Below are positions 1 to 13,799 of a DNA stretch of 64,000 nucleotides, piece by piece; positions within the stretch are counted from its first letter, which is position 1, and every line of letters starts with the position of its first letter. Source of the stretch: Eledone cirrhosa (lineage: Eukaryota); the NCBI GenBank assembly GCA_964016885.1, contig OZ024740.1, positions 136,834,001 to 136,898,000 of the forward strand, written 5' to 3'. The notes beneath the pieces were generated by a model that was not told the origin of the DNA, made no database searches, and saw only the letters and a program-made list of their open reading frames with translations. The position numbers were made by a program, and so were the translations under genes.

Positions 1-156
1 GAGTGGTCATGTTGGTGACATGACAAAAACAACTCAGTCTACACTGTAAAGTGGTCTAACACATGCTAGTGTGGAAAATTGAATGTTAAATGGTGATGAT
101 GAGAATGAACCTTATATAAACAATGAGAACCATTTCATGGTGACTTAACATACTAG

Positions 157-1916
157 ATCATCATCATCATCATCGTTTAACGTCCATATTCCACGCTTGC
201 ATGGGTTTGGACAGGAGTTTTCCCACTTGAGGCAAGAGTGGTTGTCTTGCTCGCATAGGACTGTCTGGCGGGTTTTCTACAGCTGGATGCCCTTCCTAAC
301 ACCAACCACATTTACAGTGTGGAACTGGGAAGTTTTTACCGTGTTAGCTACACGGCCACATTACAGCGCGGACTGTCTGGCGGGTTTTCTACAGCTGGAT
401 GCCCTTCCTAACACCAACCACATTTACAGTGTGGAGCTGGGAGGTTTTTACCGTGTTACCTACACGGTCACATTACAGCGTGGACTGTGTGTTTTTTTGT
501 CGTGACACCTACACGACTTCATTTGTTTCGGCCTGGATGTTGTGGTACCAACATAACTTTACATTGAAAGGGGTGGTGTGGATGGGGTGGGGGTAGTGGG
601 ACGGGGGTGTATTTTGTTAGAGGTGCCTACTGACTGTAGTAGGTTTTACTTTGTATTTAGGTAAGGCGGGTCTTCTCTATTACTGTGTAGCGCCAAAGAT
701 CTCAGTCCAGTGACATTGTCTTGGAGAGGTGTAAGTGTGTGAGGTCGGAATTTATCAAGTCGTCCCAGGTTTTTGTGGGTCTGCCTACTCCGTGGCTACC
801 GTCTATTTTTATTGCCCTGCACTTTTTTATACAGCTGTCATCTTTCATGCGCATCACGTGACCATACCAATGTAGCCTTCTCTCGAGTAAACAACATCTG
901 ATCCCTCTTATTTCTAATTTTTCCCTTAGTTCGTTTATGATTTGCCGTTCACATATATTACTATTACACATCCAGCGGAGCATGCAAGCTTCGTTCCTCT
1001 CTAGTCTGCATATATCCTTATATCCTCTGCACACAATGCCCAGGTCTCACTGCTATGCAACATTGCTGTTCGTATGCAGGCATCATACAGCCTGCCTTTC
1101 ATTTTTAGAGAGAACCCTTTAGCGGCTAATAGTGGTATAAGCTCTCTGAACTTTTTCCATCCAGTTCTGACTCTAGCTACTGTACTTTCAGAGCACCCTC
1201 CACCACTACTGATTTTGTCACCCAGGTAATGGAAGCTGTCCACTATTTCTATAGAACCATCTGTGCAATTGAAAGAGCTAGTATTCTGTGGGCACTTGCT
1301 GCTACTTACTGTACCAGAGCACCGGCCACATATAAAATCTATGTTCTTAGTTAGCTTACCTGTGATCCCACTACATCTTTTATGCACCCATACTTTGCAT
1401 TTGGGACATAAAATGGAGTTTCTGCCTACTCCTTTCCTACACACTGAGCATGGCCATTTCCCGGATGGGACCGGCGCCCTATCTTCCTTCAAACTAGAAC
1501 TTTAGTCGTAGACAGGTTAATTTTAAGGCCTTTTGATTCTAGGCCATGCTTCCATGTTTGGAATTTCTTCTCTAGTTCGGCCATTGATTCAGCTATGAGC
1601 ATTAGATCATCTGCGTATAGGAGTTCCCATGGGCAGCCGGTCTTGAACTCCTCTGTTATAGCCTGAAGGGCAATAATAAATAGTAGGGGGCTAAGAACGG
1701 AGCCCTGATGAACACCAACTTTTACGCTAAACTCTTCACTATATTTGTTGTTAATTCTAACCTTGCTGACTGTTTCTTTATACATGGCTTGTATAGTTCT
1801 CACAAGCCATTCATCAACACCTAGTTTTCTAAGAGCCCACCAGAAGGCTTTCTCCAAGTCGACAAAAGCTAAGTATAGGGGTTTACTTTTAGCTAGGTAC
1901 TTCTCCTGTAGTTGTC
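157..1916 (-). mobile_element. 5'-truncated RTE-clade LINE (RT C-terminal half with frameshifts, 3'UTR with internal duplication, (GAT)n tail)
   Basis: ORFs 1489-1857, 1001-1492 and 702-1034 give GVHQGSVLSPLLF, LLYADDL and RRLHWYGHVMRM...GRPTKTW; the (CAT)n tail lies at 157-173 on +; near-identical to other copies in the window. Confidence 0.95.
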
Positions 1917-2280
1917 GTCACACTCTACAAAAGACATACTGGATAAGAAATAAAAGAAGATTTGATAGTCAAATAAAGTCATTCAGATACAATCCAGATT
2001 CAACTCACAGATGTGCTATTACTACTGCTACAACACTAGTCTCATACCACTTCTGCTCAGAGACTCCCAACTTACTCATCTCTTCCTTTTCACCACCTAT
2101 GTTGTGTTAACCTCCCATCAGCCCCCTTTGCCCAAATTGTCAGCCTTCTGGAGTTTCATCCTTGCTCATGTCTTTCATACAAGAATTGAGTTACAGAACT
2201 TTTACTAGAACATCAATGGTGCCAGTCTCTCTGGACTCAGAGAGCCTGTGAAGACCATGTTTACTGCCTTTTCCTTAAGA

Positions 2281-2580
2281 CATCATCACCATCATCATTG
2301 TTTAACGTCCATCTTCCATGCTAGCATGGGTATGATGGGCCATCCCTTTGTGAGGGATCAGGTCAGGGGACCATGATTCGCTCACACAGAAATTATTTTG
2401 GCTTGGTTTCTACGACTGGATGTTCTTCCTAACACCAACCACATTTACAGTGTGTGCTGGGTGCTTTTTGCCATGTCACCTACATGACCACTTTACAGCG
2501 TGGACTGGGTGCTTTTTGTTGTGACACCTACAACAACCACTTTACAGTGTGGACTGGGTGCTTTTTGTCGTGACATCTAG
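2281..2580 (-). mobile_element. Non-autonomous element or fragment made of the RTE 3'UTR
   Basis: Shares ttaacgtcc...catgg and ggatg..cttcctaacaccaaccacatttacagtg with the RTE 3'UTR; no ORF. Confidence 0.7.
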
Positions 2581-3267
2581 CAAAAAAAAAAAAAAAAGGA
2601 CCATATTTGGTTATTGGCCTCTTCTATTATAATTATATTGGTATCTAGGATTCCTTACAAATCAGCTTGATCAGGGCTAACTTAAAGCTAAACAATAACA
2701 TCAACATTTATAGTAAATATCTGTTAGTTTATACAGTTTTGGGGTTTGTAACATTTCACAGATTAAGAGCATTATAGTAAACTTTCTTCTTCACCATCAC
2801 TATCAACATCATCATCATAATCTAATCTTGTCACTTGAATTATTATCATAATATAAAAATAAACTATGAAGTGGAAATTATTTTAAGTGGTAATTTGATG
2901 GCAGTAGTGTCAAAAGGTCAAATAATTGAGACCATTGTTTATAACTATGCAGTCATTCGATTTGCTAAAAATAGGTCTTACAATCTTGAAGGACACATTA
3001 GAAAACATGGTCTTGATTTCACAGGGCCTGAATAAAACACGGGATGGTCATGATTGAAACACTTTTGATCATAAGTCTAATTTATAAGATGTGACCCAGA
3101 ATGCCTATAATAATAGGTCTGCTTGAGCAGTGTTGTGAACAGTGAAAATATGTTGAGCCAACAAAGGAGCTAATATGTGATAACACAACTTGCCTATAAA
3201 TAGCAGCCAAATCTATTTTAAATCATACACTACAGTTTTAAAATTGGAAGGAAACAATTGTAGTCCT

Positions 3268-4372
3268 AGATACTGGTTGAAGTCCTTCATTCTCAGTCGA
3301 AGAGAGGTAGTCATGGTTCTAGGACAGCATTCCTCACCGTATGAGATGTCATCTGGTGTACCACAGGGATCTGTTCTTGGCCCCCTTTTGCTTGTGGCAT
3401 ATATTAATGACATAGATGCTAACTTAAAGAATGCCACAGTACTGAAATATGCAGATAACATCAAGCTGTACCTGACCTGGACACAATGCAACAATGGATC
3501 ATGGACTGGCAACTCAAGCTGGCTGTGGACAAGTGTACCACCATGCATTTTGGGAGTAAAAACCCAGCGTCCAAATACTCCCTCCACAACCCTAATATCA
3601 AGAAGTCTTCTTGTGAACATGACCTGGGCATTACTGTCAGCAGCGATTTGCGTTGGACGAGGCATGTCTCTAAAATTGTCAAGAAGGCCGAGGGTGTCTT
3701 AGCATCACTCAGCAAGACCTTTGTTAGCCGCTCTCCAGCTATCTATTTAAAGCTGTACATGGCTATGGTGCGGCCACACTTAGAATTTGCATCACCAGTC
3801 TGGAACCCCTATCTTGCTCAGAACATTGACCACCTGGAAACTGTTCAGAGACGTGCAACCAAGCGAATACCCTCCATCAGTCATCTACCATACTCTGAAC
3901 ACCTTGCTTCCCTGGGCATGGATACATTGAAGCTCCGACATCTGGCAACTGACTTGGTAAACACCCACAAAATTATTAACCATCTTGCCAACAACAACCC
4001 TGAGTACCTTTTTGATTTCCATGTGTCTAACACATGTCGGCATGCCAACAAAGTCAGAAAACAGGACAGCTCCCATGACTTTCGGAAACATTTTTTCATG
4101 CTCAGAGTTGCTGAAGCATGGAACAAACTACCTGCATCAATTGTTAGCTGTTGAGACACTGCATCCTTTAAAACCTCCATGCTTCCTGAGATTCGTCAAC
4201 ACTACACTTAATATTCCTCCTCCATACACACGCACACATGTATATCATGACTCATACACTATTCACTTCCCTGACATTTGTATATTATTCTATGTACTAT
4301 ACATGCACAATTGATGAGTTGTAGTGCACCTGAGCACTGTACACAATAATTTCATCATCATTATTATTATTA
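3268..4372 (+). mobile_element. 5'-truncated CR1/L2-group LINE (RT C-terminus and 3'UTR)
   Basis: SGVPQGSVLGPLL, YADNIKLY, VRPHLEFASPVWNP, ETVQRRATK and RVAEAWNKLP in ORFs 3190-3702 and 3486-4154; ends in (ATT)n. Confidence 0.9.
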
Positions 4373-5332
4373 TACACTGAGAGAAAAAGACGGGATGATC
4401 ACCACTGGAAGATCTTCAATCATAGCTCACACCTGTGTCTAAACAATAAAAAATATGTAAATATTTAAACGAAGCAAAAGGGATACAGATATAATTAAAT
4501 TCAGAATAACACTTGTTCATTGTTTGGTTTAGGCCTGGTTATTTAACCCCTGCTTAACAACAACGATAATAGTGGTTTTCTTATTGTGACCACTCCATCT
4601 TTTTGGCAATATGTCTAGTACTACAGAATCATTATTCAATATGCCTTTTCCTCATTTAAGATGATGGATAGTATGTTGAGAGATTTTGACTGCTATTTCT
4701 AGCAGCCCATGCGACCATATAGATTCTCTCTCACCGGGTTGTAATAGGCCTATGCCAGATGTAAACTGGAGGACTCCAAAGCCGGTAACAAGCTCGGACC
4801 AAATGTGAAATACCAGCTCCATTCCAAATTGCTCAATAAGTACTTCTACAATCAATGCTAACTACTGTTACATGTATGGATATAAACATGTAGTGTAAAT
4901 AATATACGATTACAAGTAACATATGTTTTAACTGTAGGTTACAAATATATACGTGTACATGATGAATTTACAAGTAACAGAACAGAATAAAAGAAATAGA
5001 ATTGAAGTCAGTAGCCCGTTATCTCAAATATCAGACCTATGTCAACTGGTTCGTCACCTCTTGTCTGGCCAGGGTAACAAGCGTCCTTACGCCCATTTAA
5101 ATACAATGGGAGACCAAGGGTGGTATTAGGTAATTGGAAAAGTGAAGGTGGGGACGAGATTTGAACTGATTATTATTTGGATCCCATTAAACGTTTGGTT
5201 GGTAACAACACCCAGAACAATACATGGAATAGTAGAATGACTGATATTTGATGGATTGTTTAGTGTTTCGATAGTCTATGGAAGAGTTCATTGTTTACGC
5301 AATTAAAAACATACATGCACATTAACTTACAT

Positions 5333-5442
5333 ATATTCATTTATTATGGTTAAGTAGTGAGTCTTGTTACTCTGGAGTTTCACCTGCGCAGATGAATCTC
5401 CGGAATAACAAGACTCCCTACTTAGCCATAATAAATGAATAT
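5333..5442. repeat. Decayed fold-back palindrome (55-bp arms, about 6 mismatches) carrying hammerhead 3' halves
   Basis: Arms centred on ctgc|gcag at 5387/5388; the minus strand reads gcaggt-GAAA-ctccagag-TA-acaag; a tail with ATTGAGTAC runs to (TA)n at 5499. Confidence 0.8.
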
Positions 5443-5495
5443 TTAAACTCTACTTCGATATTGAGTACTTTTTTCTCTCATCCATCAACTACACA

Positions 5496-5536
<41 letters not shown>

Positions 5537-6689
5537 ACAAACATTCTACACGCCAGCAAAATACACAATGGCTAGACCTGCTAGAAATAGCAGCCAAATC
5601 ACATCATACTGTCTTTAAAAAAGGACCTATTTGAATAATTTTTTTACCGAAAAGAAAAGACGAAAAATGATGCGATGATGATGAAACGCCTTTGATCTCA
5701 AGTCTGCTCTATTGAGGCCTTTATTGGTCTAAACAACATCGGTTCAATTCTGAGACATATATACAACGGCCCAGACATGTTATTGCATGTCATTTGCAGC
5801 CGTATTTCAAATTTCACCTATTCTCGGATTACTAAAATGTTATTAAATTATAGCAAAAGTAACTAAACAAGTTAGGTTTGAGGGAGAGAACAGTGTCCAA
5901 GGACTTCGCACGCTCTTCGAAATTGGATGAATGCCGTTAACGTTCCGTTTAAACTATTGTAAGTTGATGACTGCAGGAAAGACACGAAAGGTTGGACTTC
6001 CAGAGAGTCGATGTTTTGCGAAGGAAGGTCTAGGCATAGTAGTTAGTGTAGTGTCTGAGAGGGGTTGAATATGACAAGGTTGATGAGAAAGAGATATTGC
6101 TTGAAAAAAAAGAAGGTATATTATTGTTTGAAATGAAAGGGTGCTGTTAAGAAATTCATGTAAAATATGGGAGTGCTATAATGCACAGCTGCTTAATAGA
6201 CTAAAAAAAAAACAACTTTACAATATGTCAAATATAAAACATGTAGTCACACCCGTCACTTTTTATTCACACAGAAGACAAGAATAAAGAACTTGAGAGG
6301 TGGCACAGTCGTTTAGTGGATAATAAAGGAGAAAGAAAGACAGCAGATACAAAAACAATATATAGGTAAAGATATAACGGTTTTAACATAACTATATATG
6401 ATGTACATGGAAAATAATTCCTGCTACTACATTTGCGTGGATGAAATATTGATAAACGGATGCGAGGTTATTTCGTGTTTATTTCAAGCGATCAGCATGT
6501 TAAACAAACGTGTCAACGACGTCAGTGTGGTACGAACTATAACCCCCTACTAGAAAATTTGATAACATATACTTTTGCTAGATGTATTTAGTTTTTTGTC
6601 CATCATGTTATTGATGAGTTGACATTGAAATAACGGGGAAAAAACGATTGTCGCAATTCACATGAACAAAAAATAATAAATGAAAAAAA

Positions 6690-7680
6690 TTGTTTTTCTT
6701 ACCGATTAATGGTGGTTTTGTCGTATTTTTCCCTTTCCCTCCAAATTACTGGAAAATTTTTTACCCCAAAGAAAAAAAAACCTCCAAGAAAAAACTTCGG
6801 TTGTCATCTAAATTCCATTTTAAAGTTGACAACTCGCGACGTGTCCTAGTAGCAACATCCGGTTAGAATAATTGAACAGCAGTCATACTTTCGAATTTCA
6901 ACAAATACGTGTCTAAAATTATATTTATGTAGAAAAAAGTGTCTAATATAAACTGACGGATATTTTAAGGAAATTATTAACGTAGACATTAATATAAGGA
7001 AAATAAAAAGCGGCGTATTTAAAACTGAAAGTAACGAAAATGGAGAACAAAAACCAGCGTGGCTTCCCTAAAATACCGAAACGAATAAATTTCATCTTGA
7101 GTGTTCCCTTCCCCAGATAAACTTGGTTTTTACCATACACACACTCTGCCATCATATTTTATTTATAAATATATATTCATTTGAAACGAAATGTTAATCC
7201 TTAATAATTCGAAAAGGAAACATAATTGTAAATTTTCGGAAAATGAAACAACGAATGCTTTTAGATGCAACAAAATATACTTAATGTTTCATGTATAAAC
7301 TCATTTTAAAATCATAGATATTTAAAAAAAAAAACATTAACTTAATTTAGACGTATTTAATTAGAAACGAAATGGTATTAATTAAAATAAAACATTTAGT
7401 TAACGTATTCGGCAGTGTTAAAAAAAAATATGCTAAAATGAATCTTATTCGTTTCGGGAATTCAGGAAAGCCAAGTTTTTACGTTTAACAATATCGTTAG
7501 ATTCATTTTTTTTTTATTACGCCGTTTTACACATGGTTGAGTGGAAATAGATTTTGTGTACACACATTTTGTTTACACTTAACCTCTTCCGTTTGTAAAT
7601 CTATCTACGTTGGGATGTCGTTATATAAAGCTTTGACCAATAGAAAACAACTATCATAACTAGGCTTTCACATTGATAAA
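6690..7680. promoter_or_regulatory. ECHDC3 promoter, probably bidirectional
   Basis: Relatively CpG-retaining; CCAAT near 7637; YY1-like AAAATGGC over the ATG; ETS-like CCGGATGT (minus, about 6855); minus-strand donor CG|GTAAGA at 6703/6702. Confidence 0.5.
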
Positions 7681-7704
7681 ATGGCAGCGTTATTCAGTCG
7701 AAAG
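7681..7704 (+). CDS. ECHDC3: ECHDC3 exon 1 (MAALFSRK; start of mitochondrial presequence)
   Basis: ATGGCAGCG...AAG|GTATTT; phase 0 matches exon 2; R/K-rich presequence. Confidence 0.75.
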
Positions 7705-9169
7705 GTATTTGTCATAATGTTGTTATCATTTTGGGGAGATTTCTCTAGTGTTGTCTTTACTAGATCGTAGTTTTATGTGTAAACTTTTATTAAATTTTGT
7801 ATCTATAAGCACATTTATGTAAGGAATATAATTTACAAAAGAAAAAGGTTAATAAAAATTAATCAAAGAATAAAAAAATTGTGCGAAGATAGGCACATTC
7901 AATTACACGGTATAACAGAGAATTGTGATGTTTTTCTCTAAAAAAAAAAATTGGTACAGCCAAGACAAGATACTTATGGCATAGCCGCGAGTGATAGCAA
8001 AGCTAAGGATCTAGAATAGCTACACAATTCCACGAGTATCATCCGATACTTTGTTGTCAGCAGCCTAGCTCGCTTAAACTTATCGAGCATCACAGACTGA
8101 AAAGTGTTGTTTACTGACAAATCACGGTTTTTCAGAAGTTTATTCCGTTTGGTTACGGATGTAGCGACTCCCACCCCCGGAAGGGTCGCTGACCGTGGCA
8201 TCCCATAAGAGCTAGGGATAAGAATCATGGAACTCTCTCCATCGTCCCCGGGCAATCCGGCTGGCTCCAGAAATTAAAGTATATTGACTTTGGTTAGTTA
8301 ATTTTTCTCTTTTGTAAATTATATTTAATATATAAATTGTTTTATGTGTTGTTTTGACTCTATAATTCCACTTTTCAAGGCAACCACCATGAATTTTTTC
8401 TCTCGTCATTCTAGAAATTCTAACACCAATACTAATGATCTCTATTATCATCATTTGGAATTGTTATAAACATATCAAACGCTATTTGTGAGCAGGAGAC
8501 CGAATAACAACGACGGAGAAATTAATAAATAAACCCCCAAAACTGTGTTTATAGTCTATAATGGAACAATTTCAAACATGCTATTATGATTTCAATCGTG
8601 CCACGTGTAAGATTACATAATATCCAATGTGATTTTTTGGAGATACGGCTGTTTTAACATGTCGAGCAACTACATGGAACCCTACTCCTTTTCACCAACG
8701 TTAACTCCCACTTGTTTATTTTTATTGAATTCGTTCCATGGGAGGTAACTCGCAACTTATAGTGTATATTCCTTCTCGGTGTAACGATTTCAGATTACCT
8801 CTTCCATTTTCAAATAATTCCCCAATTACTTTTGTATTATTAGTTCTTTATGAAATTATTTCCGTCACTTTATTGTCAATATGAATGTTTTCTTCGCTGA
8901 CCAAAACATTTTTCTAATATGTGATTTTAAGTAATGTCCTTGACATGCATAACTATATTTCCTTTCCATTTGTAATAACAGTTTTATACTTGATAAATTA
9001 AAAATAAAATAAAGAACATCGTTTGAAATTTTCAAAAAGGGAAACAAATTAATCTTTTCATTTGAACAAAATGATACATTTTAAAAGCAAACGAAATATA
9101 TTTATGCACTTCAAAGTTAAAATTTACAAACAGGAAAAGAGGAAAAATAAAGAATGTAGGAAGCAGAGG

Positions 9170-10130
9170 ATGCAAACTCTACACTCTTGGCTGAGCAGTA
9201 CATTTCAGCTGCACTCCACAGACAAAATGGGTGGAAGTATTGTCATAGAGAACAGCCAGGGATACCCACTGCATCGGCCATTCTACCATACGGCGCTTCT
9301 TCCTCTGGCGAGGTGACTCCTGCCTGATTTTGCAGATGGAAATGGCAGAAATGCATTCACAGCCCAGCAATTAGTTATTTTCTACTCTACTGTGTTATCA
9401 GTTGCTGTGCCTGGAGCAATGACTTTGGCATTAGAGAACATATCACAGCATGTGATATCCCAGACTATTGAAAATTGGTGATCCCACTTGGGTGCCTACC
9501 ATCACTGTGATCGAGGCAGACAAATACCAATCTTAATTGGAAAGTGATCCACATAAACGCTCCCTCTGATGAAGTCATTCAAGGTTGCACATCAAAGCAC
9601 TAAAGAGTGGATGTAGTCCCAACATGTCAACAGTGGCTCCACAATGGCATTTATGTGACTGACACATGTGGAGACCAAAGCATAGGGCTACTCTATAACA
9701 AGTGCACTCATCATCAAGAAAGGTGCTACTGTTTGGTTGCAAGGCAGACCAGAGGCAGGTGATATAGTGTTAAGCTAAGGATGACTTGTGCAGTTTGAAC
9801 TGCAGTTGATGTCTCAGTTGTGTTGGAAACTGCGTACTGTGGACAATGAGGCCATTATTAACCCAAAGTTAATAAGCTGACTCGAGTTCCCTGTCTACAT
9901 TCCTGGATGAGGCATTTTGCATATCCAACTTTACCCAGAAGCAAAGTAAGGATGGAGATGCATGCCCAAGAAAGTGTCAGTCTGCATGAACAACTACCTC
10001 ACATCTGCATAAACCCCTACTTCAAGTTAAATGATGCAGTTCCTCGATGAGGACCCCCACAATTGATTTTCAGACTACCTTGGTGGCGAGTCACCAAAAG
10101 ATGTTGCCCATTGCAAATGGCAAAATACTT
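9170..10130 (-). mobile_element. Highly decayed CRE/NeSL-type (restriction-like endonuclease) non-LTR retrotransposon remnant
   Basis: Manual translation of the minus strand gives ILPFAMGNIFW*LATKVV, EVVVHAD, VKLDMQNA and VWDITCCDMF, resembling the CRE motifs RPIAVGNTFRRLAAK, CEAAVHA, KLDFRNAFN and VWDATCVDT. Confidence 0.6.
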
Positions 10131-11738
10131 TTATCATTTTATCATGCTAGTGTGGAAGATGGATGTTAAACGATGATGATGATTTCTTATTAATGCAGTT
10201 AAGCAAAGCTGAAAGCAAAGGGAGGGTGGCATGGAGGAAACTTTGTTATCCTAAGAATTTAGTATTTTAGCTAATTCAAAGAAATAGGTAATATGAAAAA
10301 TGCAGACATAATTTGATATCGGGTTCAGGCTACTATCCCCAGGGATAGTATGGAAGTGATTTCAGATTATTGGGAGGTAACTTGTAATGAAGGTTAGTTG
10401 AAGTCTTGACATGGAGATCACAGTTTGTTCAGGAGAAGATTAAGATTATGTGACATTCATGCCTTTTCAGAGCATCTGCAACATGAGTTGGTAATAGGCC
10501 CTGGCCTGGTGTGGGAAGGCTACCAAAGCTAGTAATAAGCTCAGGGCTGATGTAAAATTTAAGCCAGGCCAAATAAGTAGTTTAGTAATCAGTGTTAAAT
10601 ACATGTGATTTATGTATGAGTTACATGTATTTACGTGTACTACAATAGAATATTCTATTATGAAATCCTCCATAAATTATGTTTGAAAATAAGGCTGGAA
10701 TGCTTTTAACCAAGTTGACCTAGGGCTAAACAACAAGAAATTTAATAAATTAATTAATCTTGTGGCTAAAAATGTGTTGCTTATGCAAGTCAGTATATCC
10801 AGTTTAATTAAGCTACTAGTTTATAATAAGTTAATAACCAGTATGTTTGTGAGCAGTTAAAAAGCCTATTTAGCCTACTTAAGGTCAAAGCTAGTTTGGT
10901 TAATCACTCTTTTCCTGTTCACTAAGATATCATGTATACAGAAAATGTGTTTCCATATTTAGAAAGAAAGAATGTTGGCTAAAGTCTATAGATATATTCT
11001 ATTGTACAGTATTACAAATGTTTTAAGACAGTTGAGACCTTTCACATGCAATGTTATAATATTTCTGAAGAAACTCTATTTTTACCCTACAACCTTCCAC
11101 AACATTAGGTAAAACCTGGAGGCAGGATTATGGTACAGGTGAAGCCTAAAAAACTGACACTACTGCTAATAAAATGTATCCCTTCATCATCATAATTTAA
11201 TTCCATTTTTCCTGCCAGCCTGGGTTGGATGGGTCAGCACTCAAGCGGAGCTACTGACTTTTCAGATAGGCTGGGGGCCTGCATCTCATTTACATATGTT
11301 CTTTCTCCCTATTAAGTATTCATGTGGACCTGGAGCCCACACCTTGCTTATATATGTTACTACGCTCTACTGTGTGCATTTTCTCATGGGTCCAGCACTA
11401 GGGAAGTTGGTATGTCTTTGACACATCTGAAGGATTCTCCAAACCCTTTGTTTCACATGTTTTCTACAACTGCATACCATTTTAATTACCAAGCACTTTA
11501 CTAAGTGTACCAGTGTTTATCATGTAGATCACCAACACTAGGGAAGCTGTCATGACATAATTGAAAAATCATCTTAACCCTTTTTAGCATTAATTACTTT
11601 AGGAAATATATAGAGAACACAACCTCTTATTTTCATTCTCTTAAAAATACTAGTCTTTATGACTTTATGTAAAAAAAAAAAAAAACAGTTATTTCATGTT
11701 GTGTACCCTATGGTTTATTTTTTTTTCTCCTCTTGCAG

Positions 11739-11875
11739 TGCCTCAGGCTGGTACCAACAGCAACAGCAGCAGCAGTCAGGAGACTTCACAATGTAGAGGC
11801 CAAAGTTGAACCTTTAGTTTTGAGGAATCTGGACAATGGCATTCTGACCCTGACACTCAATAATCCAGTTAAAAG
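11739..11875 (+). CDS. ECHDC3: ECHDC3 exon 2 (CLRLVPTATAAAVRRLHNVEAKVEPLVLRNLDNGILTLTLNNPVK-R)
   Basis: Polypyrimidine tract plus CAG; AG|GTAAT donor; crotonase N-terminal GILTLTLNNP. Confidence 0.92.
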
Positions 11876-12204
11876 GTAATAACTGCTGTGTTTAACCTCA
11901 CTGTCAAATAGACACACACATACACTACTATTATTATCATCATGACCACCAACACCACAACCATACTGCCATCTCCACCATCATCATCAGCATCATCATC
12001 AATATTGTTTATACAGGTGTTGCTGGTCAATCCTGTGACCATTTCATCTTTTTATGTATAACTAAGGCAAAATGATCTAATATTTCCTTTCCTATTTTAA
12101 GATTGAAAGTTTGATTATTAATAGTACATCTAGAGGTTACAGAAATAGCCACCACATTAGTATCTAAGGTAAAAGTAATTAAAAATGTTAACACTTTACC
12201 GCAG

Positions 12205-12480
12205 AACATCCAGTCCACTCTGTAAAGTGGTCAGGTAGGTGTCACGACAAAAAGCACCCAGTCCACGCTGTAAAGTGGTCGTGTAGGAGATAGGGTAAAA
12301 AGGTTCCCAGTCCACACTGTAAACGTGGTTGGTGTTAGGAAGGGCATCCACCCATAGAAAACCTGCCAGATACAGTTCTATACGAGCAAGACACGGTCAC
12401 CCGACCAATCTTGCCTCATGTGGGACAATCCCGTCTAACCCATGCTAGTGTGGAAGATGGACGTTAAACGATGATGATGA
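12205..12480 (+). mobile_element. RTE 3'UTR-derived fragment with (GAT)n tail
   Basis: Matches the RTE 3'UTR at 21740-21985. Confidence 0.75.
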
Positions 12481-13024
12481 ATGCAAATAAATTTATAACC
12501 CACTGATACAGCAGGAAAATTTCCTATAAATCACAAGTGTCACTACCTACACTAGGCAAAATATTGAACAAGTCAAGTGACCACATGGCGGCTTTTTCAT
12601 GATATTATAAGTTTTTGTGTTGTCTCATTTTTCACTTCATTGAAGATTGGGTGTTGGGTGTACCACGTTCCTGGTCATTTTTTTTTACTCAGAACCAGGT
12701 TTTGTTTTTAACTGCTTAATCAGGGAGGGAAGGACAGAAACAGTTTCCATTTTTCTTTTCAGGATCTCCAAGATTGGTGGGAGAGAGGGAGGGAGGGAGG
12801 AAGTTATCCTCAAACCAAAGACATGGATCAGATGCTTCCAACAGAGTTAACTCTGCGAAAAGCATGCAAGCACTCAGAACATAATGAACTAGAACAAATA
12901 CTGCAAGGCATCTCATCTAAGTCTAACAAATCTGTCTATCATGGAAAAACGGATTTTAGACAATGATGATGATAATGATAATGATTGTTCATAGTAATAA
13001 TAAGGCGAGGAATTTGTGGGGAGA

Positions 13025-13670
13025 GGGTCTCGATAAAGTCGACCCCAGTACTTGTCAGGTACTTTATATTTTATATACTCTGAAACGAAGAGAGGCAAAG
13101 TTGACCATGGCAGGATTTGAACTTGGAATGTAAAGAAGCAGAATAAATACAAGGCATTTGTCTGACACTGCAATGATTCTGCTAATTCACTGCCATGATG
13201 ATAATAATAATAACAATGATTTGCAATTTAGGCACAAGGCCAGCAATTTATGGGGAGAGAAAAGTTGATTATATCAACCCCAGTACTAGACTAGTTCTTT
13301 ATTTTATTGACATTGGAAGGATGAAAGGTAAAGTTGACCTCAGCAGGATTTGAAACCAGAACATAGAGGCTCATAATGAAATATTGCAATCATTTCATCT
13401 GACACACTAACAAATCTGACAATCCACCAAAATCAATAATAATAATTGTTTCTACTTTAGGCACAGGCCAGCAATTTGAAGGGGAAGGAAAAGTTGATTA
13501 AATTGACACTACTAGTACTTTATTTTATCAACCCCGTAAGGATGAAAGGCAAAGCTAACCTCAGCGGGATTTGAACTCAAAACGTAAAGGGCCATAACTC
13601 TATGCTGCAAAGCATGGTGTTCGACGCTCTACCGATACTGCCAGTCCACTGCTCTCACCCACCCTCAATA
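13025..13670 (-). mobile_element. Cluster of three tRNA-derived SINEs
   Basis: Each carries the core (sense) gagttcaaatcc...gaggt..actttgcctttcatcc...gataaaataaagtacc, repeated many times in the window. Confidence 0.8.
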
Positions 13671-13799
13671 ATAATAATATTGATTTCTTTATTAACCACA
13701 AAGGGTTTACAAAAAATACATTAAAGACAGCACAAGAAGATACAAATATGGATTTTTGCATGTAAGAAAAAGGAAACAAATTTCTTTTACTTTATCATA

